NCBI GenBank assembly: GCA_048128005.1
Contig: JBEUKZ010000107.1
Coordinates: 434,001 to 498,000, forward strand
DNA from: Veleropilina oligotropha
Taxonomy: Eukaryota
Direction: 5' to 3'
DNA length: 64,000 nt
Positions 55,701-64,000 of the stretch are shown here, piece after piece; positions within the stretch are counted from its first letter, which is position 1; each line of letters begins with the position of its first letter. Under the pieces are notes generated by a model. The model was not told the DNA's origin, searched no databases, and worked only from the letters and a program-made list of their open reading frames with translations. Made by a program: the position numbers and the translations under genes.

Positions 55701-57009
55701 TGTCTGCCAATATTTCTGCCTACCTTAACTCAACACCTCAGCACCAACATATTAGTAATTATGAAAATACATACCTCTACTGCCTTTTTTAGGCGATTCA
55801 GATTTCTTTGGACTTGATGACCGCTTTGGCGATGCACTTTTGTCTCCTTTCTTGCCCTTGGGAGATTTTCCGGAAGAAGGTGATTCTTTCGAATCGGTTC
55901 TAGAGGCAGATTTTCTTGCAGAACCTACAATAAGAATATACATGTACTATAACTCTTAAAATATCTATATTGATATATTTACACAATCTATTAAATATAC
56001 ATGAAACATGACTAACAGAATAAAAGGTTACTGTGAGCCAGCCCAATTGGATAAAATGATACTTGAATGCATAAATAACATAAAAGTTTTAAAACAAAAT
56101 GCAAATAATGTAACATTATTTTGAATTCGTGATCATTGTCTTTTGTGATGTATTTAAAATCAGACATTGAATTTATCTTGGCTATTTGCATGTGGTCATA
56201 TTGTACTGCAGATATCTTATTCCTTCTTGGAAAGTCTGTTGGTTTGAATCGGTGCTTAATAAAAATCCTTTAGGACCATGAACAATCAATTTATGATAGA
56301 ATGGCTGGTTTTATGAGCCGATGCCACATTTGATCTTTAAGACTAACCTGTTCGCGATCCCTTCCTTGACCCCTCCCTAGATGCCGACTCTCTGGGAGGC
56401 TCAGCAGGGGCCTCGGGCGTTAGGGTCTCAACAGGAGCCTACAAATAAGGATTAAATAAAAACAACTTAATAGAAAAACTTCCCTCAACAACAAGTTTAC
56501 TATGATAATTATGATGACGTTCATGGTAGTAAGACGATCAGATGATATTGCCTAATTTTCATTGAACAGCATTAAAATACAACAACTTGTATTGTTTAAT
56601 GTTTTGCTAAATTAATTTATCTGTGCCAGTGGGGTGCACTTCCACTGTGTGCGATATTATTTTAAATTCATTAAAGTGATAACCAACCCAAATATATAAA
56701 CTTTTGTATTGGATCTAATATTGCTTTAATTTTTATTACCTGAAAATGAAGATAAATATGTAGTCATTTCGAAGAAAAAATGATTTATACAATTTCCCAC
56801 TCTCTGGCCTGGACTCTGCCATTATATCGTCTGCAGTGGGTAATCTACGTCATAATATCGCAGACCTGTCAACATTTGAAAAGGCCATATAGGGAGCTTT
56901 TTTGACGGTCCAAAAATACAAGCTGACGCCGTATATATATATATATATTAAATACACATCACTCATTTAAGATATATATACATATATATATATATATATA
57001 ATGTATTTT

Positions 57010-57101
<92 letters not shown>

Positions 57102-60100
57102 TATATATTCAATCCAAATACATTATATACAAACAATTAAAACATGTCTATACAATGTAAACAACTGTGCAAATATCATGGCATGGTAGACTAATTAAAT
57201 GAATAATAATAATTGATGCACCAAGACTGTTAATTAATTAACACTATATATATATATATGCAATCCAAATATACAATGTAATGTACAATGCTCATATCAT
57301 GCCATAGTAACATATTAAATAAATGTTAATAGTATTAATTATTGCTACCAGTGTCCACAAAATAATACATCAAGACAATTAATTTATGATGTAATACAAC
57401 CTTAAATATTTACAATTCTTATTGTATATATCTTCAGTAAAGTACAACATGCACAGCCTTAATTACTTAATTACTTGATCAGCATAGTAACATATGTTGT
57501 CATAACAAAATTAAACCTAAAAAAGCCGATTATCATTAATAATCTTATATTTTTAAAAGTTCTTGCGGACAATCCAGATTACCTTTTCGGTTAGGCCTAA
57601 TAGCTATGTACCGTACTTTGCCGATAAACGCAAACTTGTATTAAATCACTCGAGCTCAGAGCATGTCAGTTGCGCTAATCCCTATTATTTGGCAACTCTA
57701 CTGAAAATCTTGATGAGTAATTAAACAATAGACATTTTCATAGAATTTATTCCCAATTAATTTGCTTTATTAGCTCTATTGACATCTAATTCTTTGTGAA
57801 CTACGGTCCTACATCAAATAGATCACAACATTGATTCGAAAATTATCTTCTTATTAAATAGTACAAATTTAAATACCCGGTGCGAGATTATTTTGTAATG
57901 CAATATAAAGAGATATGAAAGTCGGAAAACACTCGTATATTTCCGTAAATAGTTCCCGAAATTACTGCGCGACAATTACTATCAACACAAAAGCACGCTT
58001 CAATGTTTCAACGCCGGCCCACTGTTTGATTAAATCGATCAAACTGTTTGATAAAAAACATCAAGTAACTTTTATGTAGATCAAAAGAACCTTGCTTTAG
58101 CTTGGAAATATAATTGCTAGTTACGCATCCACTTCAGTAGACAAAGGACTAATTTGGCGTGTGAAAGAACCTACAGTCGTGCGTGACCTATTTGCTGTTA
58201 ACTGATAGATTGAAAGTAGAACAAAGAGACGGCAAATTGATTAGCAGAAAAATGCTGTGTCAACAATTCAGAGTTAGAGACCGACAAATTAGTTGGCTAT
58301 ATGATTCTGTTGTGTCGCGATTATGTGTGTGAATAGGATTTACTTGGTGCGTTTTGGAGACATCACATTTTAAGGCAAGTACAGTTAATGCCAGATACGT
58401 GAGAAAAGTTGCGTTTGACGGGATACGGGACCATTCTGCCGAAATCGGGAGCCTCCCGCCAGAATCGGGAGCAATGACAGGCTGGCGGGAGACGGGGTCA
58501 GAAAGCGGGACCCTCCCGCCGAAATCGGGAGCATTGACAGGTCTGATATCGCATATTCATGCACTCGATCAGCTGGCCAATATCAAGTCAATTATTGTAA
58601 TACAAAAGAAAGGTGAAGTTACCACTAACACACAGATGTGATGTCGTCCATTGTTATTTGCCCGCATACCAGCAGAGGTGCTAATTGATAGTACAATAGA
58701 CTACACAGACATTGGTGATCGCACATGAATTTTCATTGCACAACGGTTCTCTGAAGACTTGTTTATATTGAAATATAAGGGTCCTTTATAAAGACAAAAG
58801 AGCCTTTGTTGTAAGTTGACTGTCATATAATCTAATCGCGAGATTATGACGTAGATTACCCACTGCAGACGACAACATGGCGGAGTCCAGGCCAGGAAGG
58901 GATAAATTATATAAATCGTTTTTTCGTCGAATTAAAAAAATATTGGACATTTATTTTTTAGGTAATAAAAGTTCAATCAATATTAGAACCAATACAAAGG
59001 TTTATGTATGATGGTTGGCTATTACTTTAACTCTCGGAGTTACCATGACAGACTTGTTTGAGAATAGTTCGGAACTGTGGGAGGACAGCATATAAACATC
59101 CATGCAGACAAATTAACAGTAAAAGCAGCATCATAATTATATTACATCGAATTCATAGTACAAAGCACGTGCAGAGAGATAGATTTTGCTTTATTGATTG
59201 ACATTAATCGTTATAATTATCTGACTCATCTCACAGTCGGTACCCAAGTTTAACATCAGATTCTGTAACGGATCAGCCAGTTATGTTAACAGTTTTCTTA
59301 GAATGTCACCGATCAACAGACTGGTCATAAGACTGCTTAACTAGCTTAGGTGATCTGATGGAAACTGCTGAAATCAATGTGATACGGTCGATTATCTCAG
59401 GTACAGGAATGAAGACAACAAGCTTACTGGTTGTTCTTCAGGTTTATCTTCTGTTTTTTCCACAGTGTCGGTTTGATCCGGAGGTGTTCCACTGTCTTCA
59501 CCAACCCCTTGTAGCTAAAACATGAAATATAATTCCTCAAGAAATGTAAATAATGTGTTAAACAGATGCTAAATTCTGTTTGGATAAACTATTAAATTAA
59601 TGTCACAAAATACTAAACGGATGCATGATTAACAAAATCTTCTCAAAGTCACACAAATCTAGACTTGAATTGGCTAAGTCTATAATTAACATGACAACTT
59701 TGAAAATATGTTTATTTATATATATGTTTAGGCATATGTAATATATGTGTGTTGCCTTGATCATGTTAAGTACCGGTAGTGATTTTGTGTGGTGTTATAT
59801 GCCAGTCAACAGAAGTTTGCTGTCAGCAGTGTATGGTTGCAATCAATATCCAGTACAATTTTGCACCTTTTTAATTGTGTCTTCGAGACATTTTTCCACC
59901 TCAAAATAAACGGCCTGCTGATCCAAAGAGGCGTCCACCTTCTTCAACGTGCCGAATCGGCTGAACCACTTCTCCATCTTGGCCCAGTTGTCCATGAAGC
60001 CGGTGATTCTGATTAAAATAAACAATTCAATACAAACATAACTGGTGTAAAATAGCGATAAACTAGTCAAGTCCTTGAGCGCACGACTTGAGGGATGTAT

Positions 60101-62485
60101 CCATGCCCACAGCAGCCATCTTGAGGGATGTATCCATGCCCACAGCAGCCATCTTGAGGGATGTATCCATGCCCACAGCAGCCATCTTGAGGGATGTATC
60201 CATGCCCACAGCAGCCATCTTGAGGGATGGATCCAGGCCCACAGCAGCCATCTTGAGGGATGTATCCGTGCCCACAGCAGCCATCTTGAGGGATGTATCC
60301 ATGCCCACAGCAGCCATCTTGAGGGATGTATCCATGCCCACAGCAGCCATCTTGAGGGATGGATCCATGCCCACAGCAGCCATCTTGAGGGACGTATCCA
60401 TGCCAACAGCAGCCATCTTGAGGGATGGATCCAGGCCCACAGCAGCCATCTTGAGGGACGTATCCATGCCCACAGCAGCCATCTTGAGGGATGGATCCAT
60501 GCCCACAGCAGCCATCTTGAGGGATGTATCCAGGCCCACAGCAGCCATCTTGAGGGATGGATCCAGGCCCACAGCAGCCATCTTGAGGGACGTATCCATG
60601 CCCACAGCAGCCATCTTGAGGGATGGATCCATGCCCACAGCAGCCGTCTTGAGGGATGTATCCAGGCCCACAGCAGCCATCTTGAGGGACGTATCCATGC
60701 CCACAGCAGCCATCTTGAGGGACGTATCCAGGCCCACAGCAGCCATCTTGAAAGCGAAAATGACCAATTTTGAAAGTCTTTTGTGGTTGTGACCTTGCGT
60801 GCAATATCAAATTTAAAGCAGATCGGACTATAACTGGTGACTGTAGTGTGCATCCAAGATATCTCTGCGGACACCAAACTCTAATGGATTGCATGGTCTT
60901 TGGCACAAGACCAATCCATCCAGAAATGTCAACAAAATCCATCCATAACTCTTTTCCATGCCCAGATAACAGACACTGATCAATGCATAACTTTCTTGGT
61001 GGAGATAACGAGTGAATTTAAATGACCACACACAGGAAAATAGCGTCGTATTTAATAAATCGATGGATTGATGCTATGTCCTGTATATTAAGGTTCAAGG
61101 CTGGACATGTCCAGCAAGGCTGGACATGTCCATATTATCACAAGGCTGGACATGTCCACATTATCATCAAGGCTGGACATGTCCATCAAGGCTGGACATG
61201 TCCATCAAGGCTGGACATGTCCATCAAGGCTGGACATGTCCATATTATCACGGGAGGAAAGCCAGGGGTCACCCTGAGACACTTGCCCTCCCCAACAGTT
61301 ACTGTGGTTCATAATGGAACACATAATGCCAATATACACTCATTACAGAGATTCGAACCCACTACTGTACGTCAGTGGAATCAAGCCATTGATTTCAGAG
61401 TCTGCAACCGAAACCACACGACTGTTGGAGTGGCCTATATAAGTCACCGATGTCTACAATACGTCTCGTTATCCACCTGTGTTGTATCTGCTCCTGGTCG
61501 TGGGCGGTGTCATCCACAGGAAGTACTCGCTCCTGTTTCCCGATGCCGGTCGCACTGCCCTCTGGCGGCGGCTTGAATTCTTGCTGGTATTGCTCATTGG
61601 ATTGCAGTGCATCTGAAATGAGCCACCAGAACTTAAAAACTATCATCACATGTAGTTGATTAATATAACAATAATAAATGAAATTTAACAGTCTAAATTT
61701 TGAAGAATTTATCAGAAATGAATATCTGTTGTGCAATTCACATATGAGGTTTGTTGATCGACGATCAAAAATGCTATGAATCTGATATCATGTTACGTTC
61801 TGTAAAGATATGTCAAGACCCCTCAATGATGTAGTCTCTCCAATTTACTCCATTATGATAGCTGTAACTGGGGTGAACCACTACTCTCAGTGTCTAACAC
61901 TAAAATGCCTGGTAATCAAGACTGCATTTATATATATACCCTCTATATTAAATCACAATTTGCGTGATACTGTGTCAGATATCATGATAGTATTGCTGGT
62001 TAAGGAATGAGACAACCTCATACATACCACTACATGTACTTATTCAGGCTAGGCATAATAACAATCAAGATAAGTTACTTATGATGTTAATTTCTCAGCT
62101 ATAATTTCAGGTTTTAATATCATGTGGTATAAAATGTTCATCACAACTTCCCTCAACATATTAATTAATATAATTAATCGTAATACAATTATGTAACAAT
62201 AAGAAATACTGACAGCTCCTTCCCGCAGCTCTGCGAAGCGACAACTCATCCTCGAGATCGAACAATATTACGACATCGATACCGCTTGAGGGATCTGGGG
62301 TTGGCGGAGGGGGTCGTGGATCAGGGGCCAGCACAGACTTCTTCCCCTTCTTGTCTTTGACGACCGGTTCCTTGGTTTCCTTTGCGGATGCATCGTAGCC
62401 GCTCAAAGCTTTCTCCAACATCTTGGCTTGGGAGTAGTTTGTTGGAAATCCATCGAGAACCCAGCCAGTGCCTTCTGGGATACGT
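4481..62485 (-). CDS. SPEF2: Sperm flagellar protein 2 (SPEF2/KPL2), 3' portion, 26 coding exons, about 1221 aa; 5' end outside window
   Basis: Exons join in frame through GT-AG introns (3667 nt total) ending in TGA at 4481-4483. Recognised SPEF2 segments: adenylate-kinase-like GWVLDGFP..QAKMLEKALSG, LRRPDHKQEFV, ETKSELHQRVDDLRERLWSICD, AEVDRYQDTVRLLKDYY, and EF-hand-like EYVDWRRLL. Recognition from memory, not a search. Confidence 0.92.
4794..5060 (-). mobile_element. tRNA-derived SINE with (TCC)n tail
   Basis: Minus strand A-box-like TAGCGCAGTGG and B-box-like GGATCGACCCC; flanking direct repeat tgttttcag; relative at 61070-61436. Confidence 0.8.
5217..5990 (-). mobile_element. Helentron/HINE-like element with roughly 165-bp internal repeats (partial)
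   Basis: Repeated ggcaataactctgtt...ccagttcaccgactacttaatac units, GGAC microsatellite; same family as 52908-54283. Confidence 0.65.
6295..6585. repeat. 47-bp minisatellite, about 6 copies
   Basis: gtcttcttgttcattaatgaagaaaagaaagttggtgtctgagaaac in tandem. Confidence 0.95.
6685..6810 (-). CDS. SPEF2: SPEF2 exon 25 (ERLTDVYRDLG...HPLIQD...FKAL)
   Basis: catag / gtaagg, 126 nt. Confidence 0.88.
7247..7327 (-). CDS. SPEF2: SPEF2 exon 24 (VLHHGESSHGDSHRF...ATSK)
   Basis: tgtag / gtaaat, 81 nt. Confidence 0.87.
7335..7868. repeat. 28-bp minisatellite, about 19 copies, abutting the exon 24 acceptor
   Basis: gagggagtattagccaatgacagactga in tandem. Confidence 0.95.
7981..8200 (+). mobile_element. 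Decayed tRNA-derived SINE (second family)
   Basis: B-box-like gagttcaaatcc; head and tail (aagcatcgatcca) shared with 49539-49815. Confidence 0.6.
8170..8985. repeat. Mixed 59/66-bp array derived from the SPEF2 exon 23 end and donor, 13 donor copies
   Basis: Units match the exon 3' end; left to right order B B A A A B A A A A B A A. Confidence 0.92.
8931..9036 (-). CDS. SPEF2: SPEF2 exon 23 (RTPENPEDE...VSLDALYQ); 3' end is the seed of the 59/66-bp array
   Basis: tacag / gttggt, 106 nt. Confidence 0.83.
9409..9533 (-). CDS. SPEF2: SPEF2 exon 22 (LMYFSIAGNPVEGFLRALSVAIG...)
   Basis: ttcag / gtaaga, 125 nt. Confidence 0.88.
9892..10032 (-). CDS. SPEF2: SPEF2 exon 21 (TNIWFK...FDRLTSLKAVFFDIL...DYASL)
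   Basis: tgtag / gtgagt, 141 nt. Confidence 0.88.
10420..10602 (-). CDS. SPEF2: SPEF2 exon 20 (IQDIANSLASDTEYVDWRR...EQYDR)
   Basis: atcag / gtatgt, 183 nt, EF-hand-like. Confidence 0.9.
10843..10971 (-). CDS. SPEF2: SPEF2 exon 19 (FATTAPTGVMS...ITSNQ)
   Basis: aacag / gtgggt, 129 nt. Confidence 0.87.
11265..12172. repeat. Perfect 15-bp array (actagtacatctaac), about 54 copies, preceded by 42-bp units
   Basis: Direct tandem copies. Confidence 0.97.
12641..23380. repeat. 82-bp satellite, 131 near-identical copies, derived from SPEF2 exon 18 end plus donor
   Basis: (23301-12641)/82 = 130 intervals; unit = 72 nt exon + gtacttgtag on the minus strand. Confidence 0.97.
23309..23416 (-). CDS. 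SPEF2: SPEF2 exon 18 (ELKVLRSPSP...FTVAQLKALYEQ); its last 72 nt are the seed of the 82-bp array
   Basis: ttcag / gtactt, 108 nt if the proximal donor is used. Confidence 0.87.
24011..24110 (-). CDS. SPEF2: SPEF2 exon 17 (IDHLSEIVRHTIE...DFLLNE)
   Basis: tgcag / gtaaac, 100 nt. Confidence 0.88.
24160..25350. mobile_element. Decayed Crypton-like hairpin element, with nested HINE; boundaries approximate
   Basis: Palindrome ccattcttaaaaatattggcccggcc...gtcggcccaatatttttaacaatgg at about 24185-24255. Confidence 0.4.
24305..24797 (-). mobile_element. Young HINE-like element
   Basis: Ends nearly identical to 38799-38975; gtctcgcc/ggcgagac sub-terminal inverted repeat, hairpin, (GAC)n, two internal units. 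Confidence 0.78.
25508..25646 (-). CDS. SPEF2: SPEF2 exon 16 (VAARARLELIK...ARFLKEME)
   Basis: ttcag / gtaagc, 139 nt. Confidence 0.9.
28609..29985. mobile_element. Non-autonomous TIR DNA transposon (MITE), about 135-bp TIRs, 7-bp TSD attaaac
   Basis: ctgggactattataagaggg... / ...ccctcttataatagtcccag; attaaac at 28602-28608 and 29986-29992; superfamily not determined. Confidence 0.9.
30006..30212. repeat. DIRS 3' inverted terminal repeat
   Basis: Reverse complement of 37106-37312. Confidence 0.92.
30272..30362. other. DIRS internal complementary region (ICR)
   Basis: Head-to-head complements of both termini joined at cctcatatgtag. Confidence 0.9.
31166..32422 (-). pseudogene. DIRS tyrosine recombinase, C-terminal part (N-terminal part in frame 32416-34074 before a 1-bp deletion)
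   Basis: ASGRRCSEI, CPVRAL, RAHEVRA, GYW, FVKYY motifs. Confidence 0.88.
32029..34310 (-). pseudogene. DIRS reverse transcriptase - RNase H - adenine methyltransferase-like ORF, frameshifted near 32413
   Basis: IDLTDAYLH, LPLGLSSAP, YLDD; TDAS, HINFLELEAV, TDN, NVRADSLSR; VDLFA, YAFP then ILTLVLQK...QPWFP in the -1 frame. Confidence 0.92.
34102..36350 (-). pseudogene. DIRS gag-like ORF, split into two frames between about 34983 and 35250
   Basis: N-terminal Cys/His cluster (C..C..DKHTEC..H..C..CDLC); C-terminal LLRRDACL...TLFG segment typical of DIRS gag. Confidence 0.8.
37106..37324. repeat. DIRS 5' inverted terminal repeat
   Basis: Reverse complement of 30006-30212; terminus complementary to ICR. 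Confidence 0.92.
40339..40428 (-). CDS. SPEF2: SPEF2 exon 15 (AEEESEEEK...EYYFAIQEE)
   Basis: gatag / gtaagg, 90 nt. Confidence 0.87.
40950..42945 (-). mobile_element. Crypton-like tyrosine recombinase DNA transposon (defective)
   Basis: Near-perfect palindrome 40950-41116; tttattactc inverse to far end gagtaataaa; contains DUF3504-like coding remnant. Confidence 0.82.
41500..42593 (-). pseudogene. DUF3504 / KIAA1958-ZMYM-like Crypton recombinase pseudogene
   Basis: NKNTLRKTQ*D, NGQEY*PSSL, LKSQGLGNLPNRA, NTLWWNNTRHF.LR, WGDV, RCPVFIYKLY, PFYLATN; in-frame stops and no C-terminal catalytic H/R/Y part. Confidence 0.8.
43645..43860. repeat. 31-bp minisatellite, about 7 copies
   Basis: acagacaggcatacatacaaatggatcgtgt in tandem. 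Confidence 0.93.
43905..44103 (-). CDS. SPEF2: SPEF2 exon 14 (LSSEVAAREAEEE...PAPSPG)
   Basis: tgcag / gtatgg, 199 nt. Confidence 0.87.
44621..44825 (-). CDS. SPEF2: SPEF2 exon 13 (IPLVPRRPVSPDP...ALISI)
   Basis: ttcag / gtaagt, 205 nt. Confidence 0.88.
45127..45437 (-). CDS. SPEF2: SPEF2 exon 12 (LPVERPDSPDK...DSPRK)
   Basis: cttag / gtatgt, 311 nt. Confidence 0.85.
45950..46066 (-). CDS. SPEF2: SPEF2 exon 11 (AEVDRYQDTVRLLKDYY...IPLIE)
   Basis: ttcag / gtaagg, 117 nt. Confidence 0.92.
46213..48278. repeat. 56-bp minisatellite, about 37 copies
   Basis: ggtgttgagagtgttacatggatgtcctcacgatacttaatgacaccagcatgata with interspersed variants. Confidence 0.95.
48307..48428. repeat. 23-bp minisatellite, about 5 copies
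   Basis: cctcgtagccagggaaaacatgc in tandem. Confidence 0.9.
48576..48785 (-). CDS. SPEF2: SPEF2 exon 10 (EYNLVADDMRDDEETK...ITLMQ)
   Basis: tgcag / gtaagt, 210 nt. Confidence 0.92.
49337..49403 (-). CDS. SPEF2: SPEF2 exon 9 (KDYLEYLRRPDHKQEFVEQWQK)
   Basis: ttcag / gtaaag, 67 nt. Confidence 0.9.
49539..49815 (+). mobile_element. Decayed tRNA-derived SINE (second family)
   Basis: A-box-like TGGTGGAGTGG; similar to 7981-8200. Confidence 0.6.
49841..51346. repeat. 20-bp minisatellite, about 74 copies
   Basis: aatgtaggtcactgcaggct with occasional aatat insertion. Confidence 0.97.
51714..52637 (-). mobile_element. HINE-like element with a short nested HINE (52163-52396)
   Basis: Homologous to 40459-43070; nested copy has aactag end, (GGGAC)n and atgccacc/ggtggcat hairpin. 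Confidence 0.65.
52660..52895. repeat. 18-bp minisatellite, about 13 copies
   Basis: gtgcggactcagagctac in tandem. Confidence 0.95.
52908..54283 (-). mobile_element. HINE-like element with roughly 160-bp internal array
   Basis: atcccc motif at left end, (GGAC)n and atccccagcaaa..tttgcaggggat hairpin at right end. Confidence 0.72.
54358..54485 (-). CDS. SPEF2: SPEF2 exon 8 (DLAEVLARHWEAIE...YFYKI)
   Basis: gacag / gtatta, 128 nt. Confidence 0.88.
54778..54932 (-). CDS. SPEF2: SPEF2 exon 7 (SSPKSPKRG...PGSEEWEFIDKPLEK)
   Basis: gatag / gtgaga, 155 nt. Confidence 0.88.
55775..55924 (-). CDS. SPEF2: SPEF2 exon 6 (SARKSASR...SPKKGSR)
   Basis: tgtag / gtatgt, 150 nt. Confidence 0.82.
56348..56438 (-). 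CDS. SPEF2: SPEF2 exon 5 (APVETLTPEAPAEPP...GSRT)
   Basis: tgtag / gttagt, 91 nt, needed for the phase 0 to 1 change. Confidence 0.8.
56675..59026. mobile_element. Kolobok-like non-autonomous DNA transposon
   Basis: TTAA on both sides, AG...CT termini, diverged TIRs of about 190 bp (gtctgcagtgggtaatctacgtcataat / attatgacgtagattacccactgcagac). Confidence 0.72.
56861..58545. mobile_element. hAT-like non-autonomous element, 12-bp TIR, 6-bp TSD, contains (TA)n
   Basis: cagacctgtcaa / ttgacaggtctg, flanked by atatcg on both sides, subterminal cggga repeats. Confidence 0.78.
59428..59514 (-). CDS. SPEF2: SPEF2 exon 4 (LQGVGEDSGTPPDQ...EEQP)
   Basis: tttag / gtaagc, 87 nt, phase 0-0, low complexity. 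Confidence 0.75.
59867..60008 (-). CDS. SPEF2: SPEF2 exon 3 (ITGFMDNWAKMEKWF...TIKK)
   Basis: atcag / gtgcaa, 142 nt. Confidence 0.85.
60088..60750. repeat. 33-bp minisatellite, about 20 copies
   Basis: ttgagggatgtatccatgcccacagcagccatc in tandem. Confidence 0.96.
61070..61436 (-). mobile_element. Diverged tRNA-derived SINE with internal 19-bp expansion
   Basis: B-box GGTTCGAATC; similar to 4794-5060; tandem aaggctggacatgtccatc. Confidence 0.68.
61477..61612 (-). CDS. SPEF2: SPEF2 exon 2 (ALQSNEQYQQEFKPPPEG...QIQH)
   Basis: ttcag / gtggat, 136 nt, phases match neighbours. Confidence 0.85.
62214..62485 (-). CDS. SPEF2: SPEF2 exon 1 of window (RIPEGTGWVLDGFP...RRAAGRS)
   Basis: tttag acceptor, gtcagt donor, 272 nt. 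Confidence 0.9.
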
Positions 62486-62862
62486 CTAAATGAGAAATTT
62501 GTACAATCAAATATCATTAAACTTTCTTGGCAGAGGAGTGGCAAGCACATGTATCAGGAACATCACTGGGGTTGTTAGGTGTGTCTCTAGTTCCGATGGT
62601 TCATTCTACTGCTTAAAATAACATAAGTCATATGCTTCATTTGACATTATAATTGCTTTGGTTTGATTGACGCCCCTTTTAACACCTTTCAGGGCATGTC
62701 CATATTAACGCAGGAGAAACGTCCTCACATTATTATCCGGTAAAAGGCATCGCAATGCCAGTCATTCCGGTCAAGTTAACGGGTCTGCACCTGTCAGTAT
62801 TTTCACCCATCTTATACATTAACAGAGATAAACGGGCAAACATAGAGATGATCTCATATACA

Positions 62863-64000
62863 AACTAGAGGAGTTGTTTTTGTGTAAACAAAAACATATG
62901 TCTGTCCGTTTGAGAGAAATCATTCCACACTCAGACCCTCAAGAAGTTCCAAAAGTTACAACCTTTTGAAAATCAATAAGGGAACACAAAATTTTATCAT
63001 CCTGCACATGCTTGAAGTGTAAGCCATGCATCTATAAATAAATCAGAAGGATGGATACGATTTTAAATCTCGAAGAACAAGCCCAGACACGATGTGGGGA
63101 TCAAATTAAAGATCATTATGGCTAGGTTAAAGGTCATTTTTGGAAAATTTTGGCTGCCTTGCACAATGTCATGTAAGGGGTGAATAATATATGAAATGAA
63201 ATCATGCTGGCATGTATAGGATCTGAGATATAGACAGGACAAAGTCTGTGTTCGTTAAAGTACATTCTTACCTCTGTGACCTTGACCTTTGACCGAACAA
63301 CAAAACTGAACATTGTTATACAATGCACTCACCCTTACGGAAAAATTTGGTGAAAAAAAATTAAGAAAACAATAAAATATAGAAATCCCCAAATATGGAA
63401 ATTTTTCATCAAAGTCACGTGTACTGTGCCAAGGTTAAAGGCCAAAAGTGCAAAATTTTCATGCCATGCACATGCTTGAAGTATGGACTATGCATCTGCA
63501 AAGAAATTAGAAGGATAAGATTTGAAATCTCAGAGAACCAGGCCGGACACGATTTAGGGGTCAAAGGTCATTATGGCAAGGTCGAAGGTCAATTTGGGAA
63601 AATTACGCCGGCTTGCACAATGGCACGTTAAGGAAATCATGCTGGCATGTACAGAACCAGAGATCTACTCAGACTAGGTGTGTCAGGAAAGTACATTTTA
63701 ACCTCTGCGACCTTGACCTTTGACGTAGCAACAAAATTGAACATTGTTATATAATGTACTCACCACCAGGAAAAAAGTTGGTGGAAAAAATTAAGAAAAC
63801 AATAAAATACAAAAATGCCCAAATATGGAAATTTATCAAGATCACAGTGCCAAGGTCAAAGGTGCAACATTTTAGCGTCCTGCACATGCTTGAAGTGTGG
63901 GCCATGCATCTACAAAGAAATTAGAAGGATAACATTTGACATCTCCGAGAACCAGGCCGGACACGATTTCAAGGTGAAAGGTCATGAGGTCAAGGTCGAA
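62863..64000. repeat. Diverged long-unit (about 420-470 bp) tandem repeat, probably HINE-borne; runs off window
   Basis: gcacatgcttgaagt at about 63004, 63468, 63882; gaccttgacctttgac motifs; aactag end at 62863. Confidence 0.6.

Noticed and set aside
57001..57189. (YI)n ORF
   Set aside because: (TA)n microsatellite.
59843..60942. Long ORFs in several frames (PSRWLLWAWIH, QDGCCGHGYIP, etc.)
   Set aside because: 33-bp repeat open on both strands; only 59867-60008 is a real exon.

Overview
Animal genomic DNA, probably molluscan or other lophotrochozoan (inferred from spliceosomal introns and repeat types). The window holds the 3' part of a minus-strand SPEF2 (sperm flagellar protein 2) gene. 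I traced 26 coding exons by hand (62485 to stop at 4481, about 1221 codons), all with GT-AG sites and consistent phases; the 5' part lies beyond the window. The introns contain: (1) a structurally complete but frameshifted DIRS tyrosine-recombinase retrotransposon with ITRs and ICR, with a MITE in its terminus, inside nested Helentron/HINE-like elements; (2) two clear and one decayed Crypton-like elements sharing a long terminal hairpin with tandem G-A mismatches that would close across an excision-circle junction, one carrying a DUF3504-type recombinase pseudogene; (3) Kolobok-like and hAT-like MITEs and tRNA-derived SINEs; (4) many minisatellites, three of them amplified SPEF2 splice signals, including 131 copies of an 82-bp exon-end plus donor unit. 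All calls come from reading the sequence; no searches were run.
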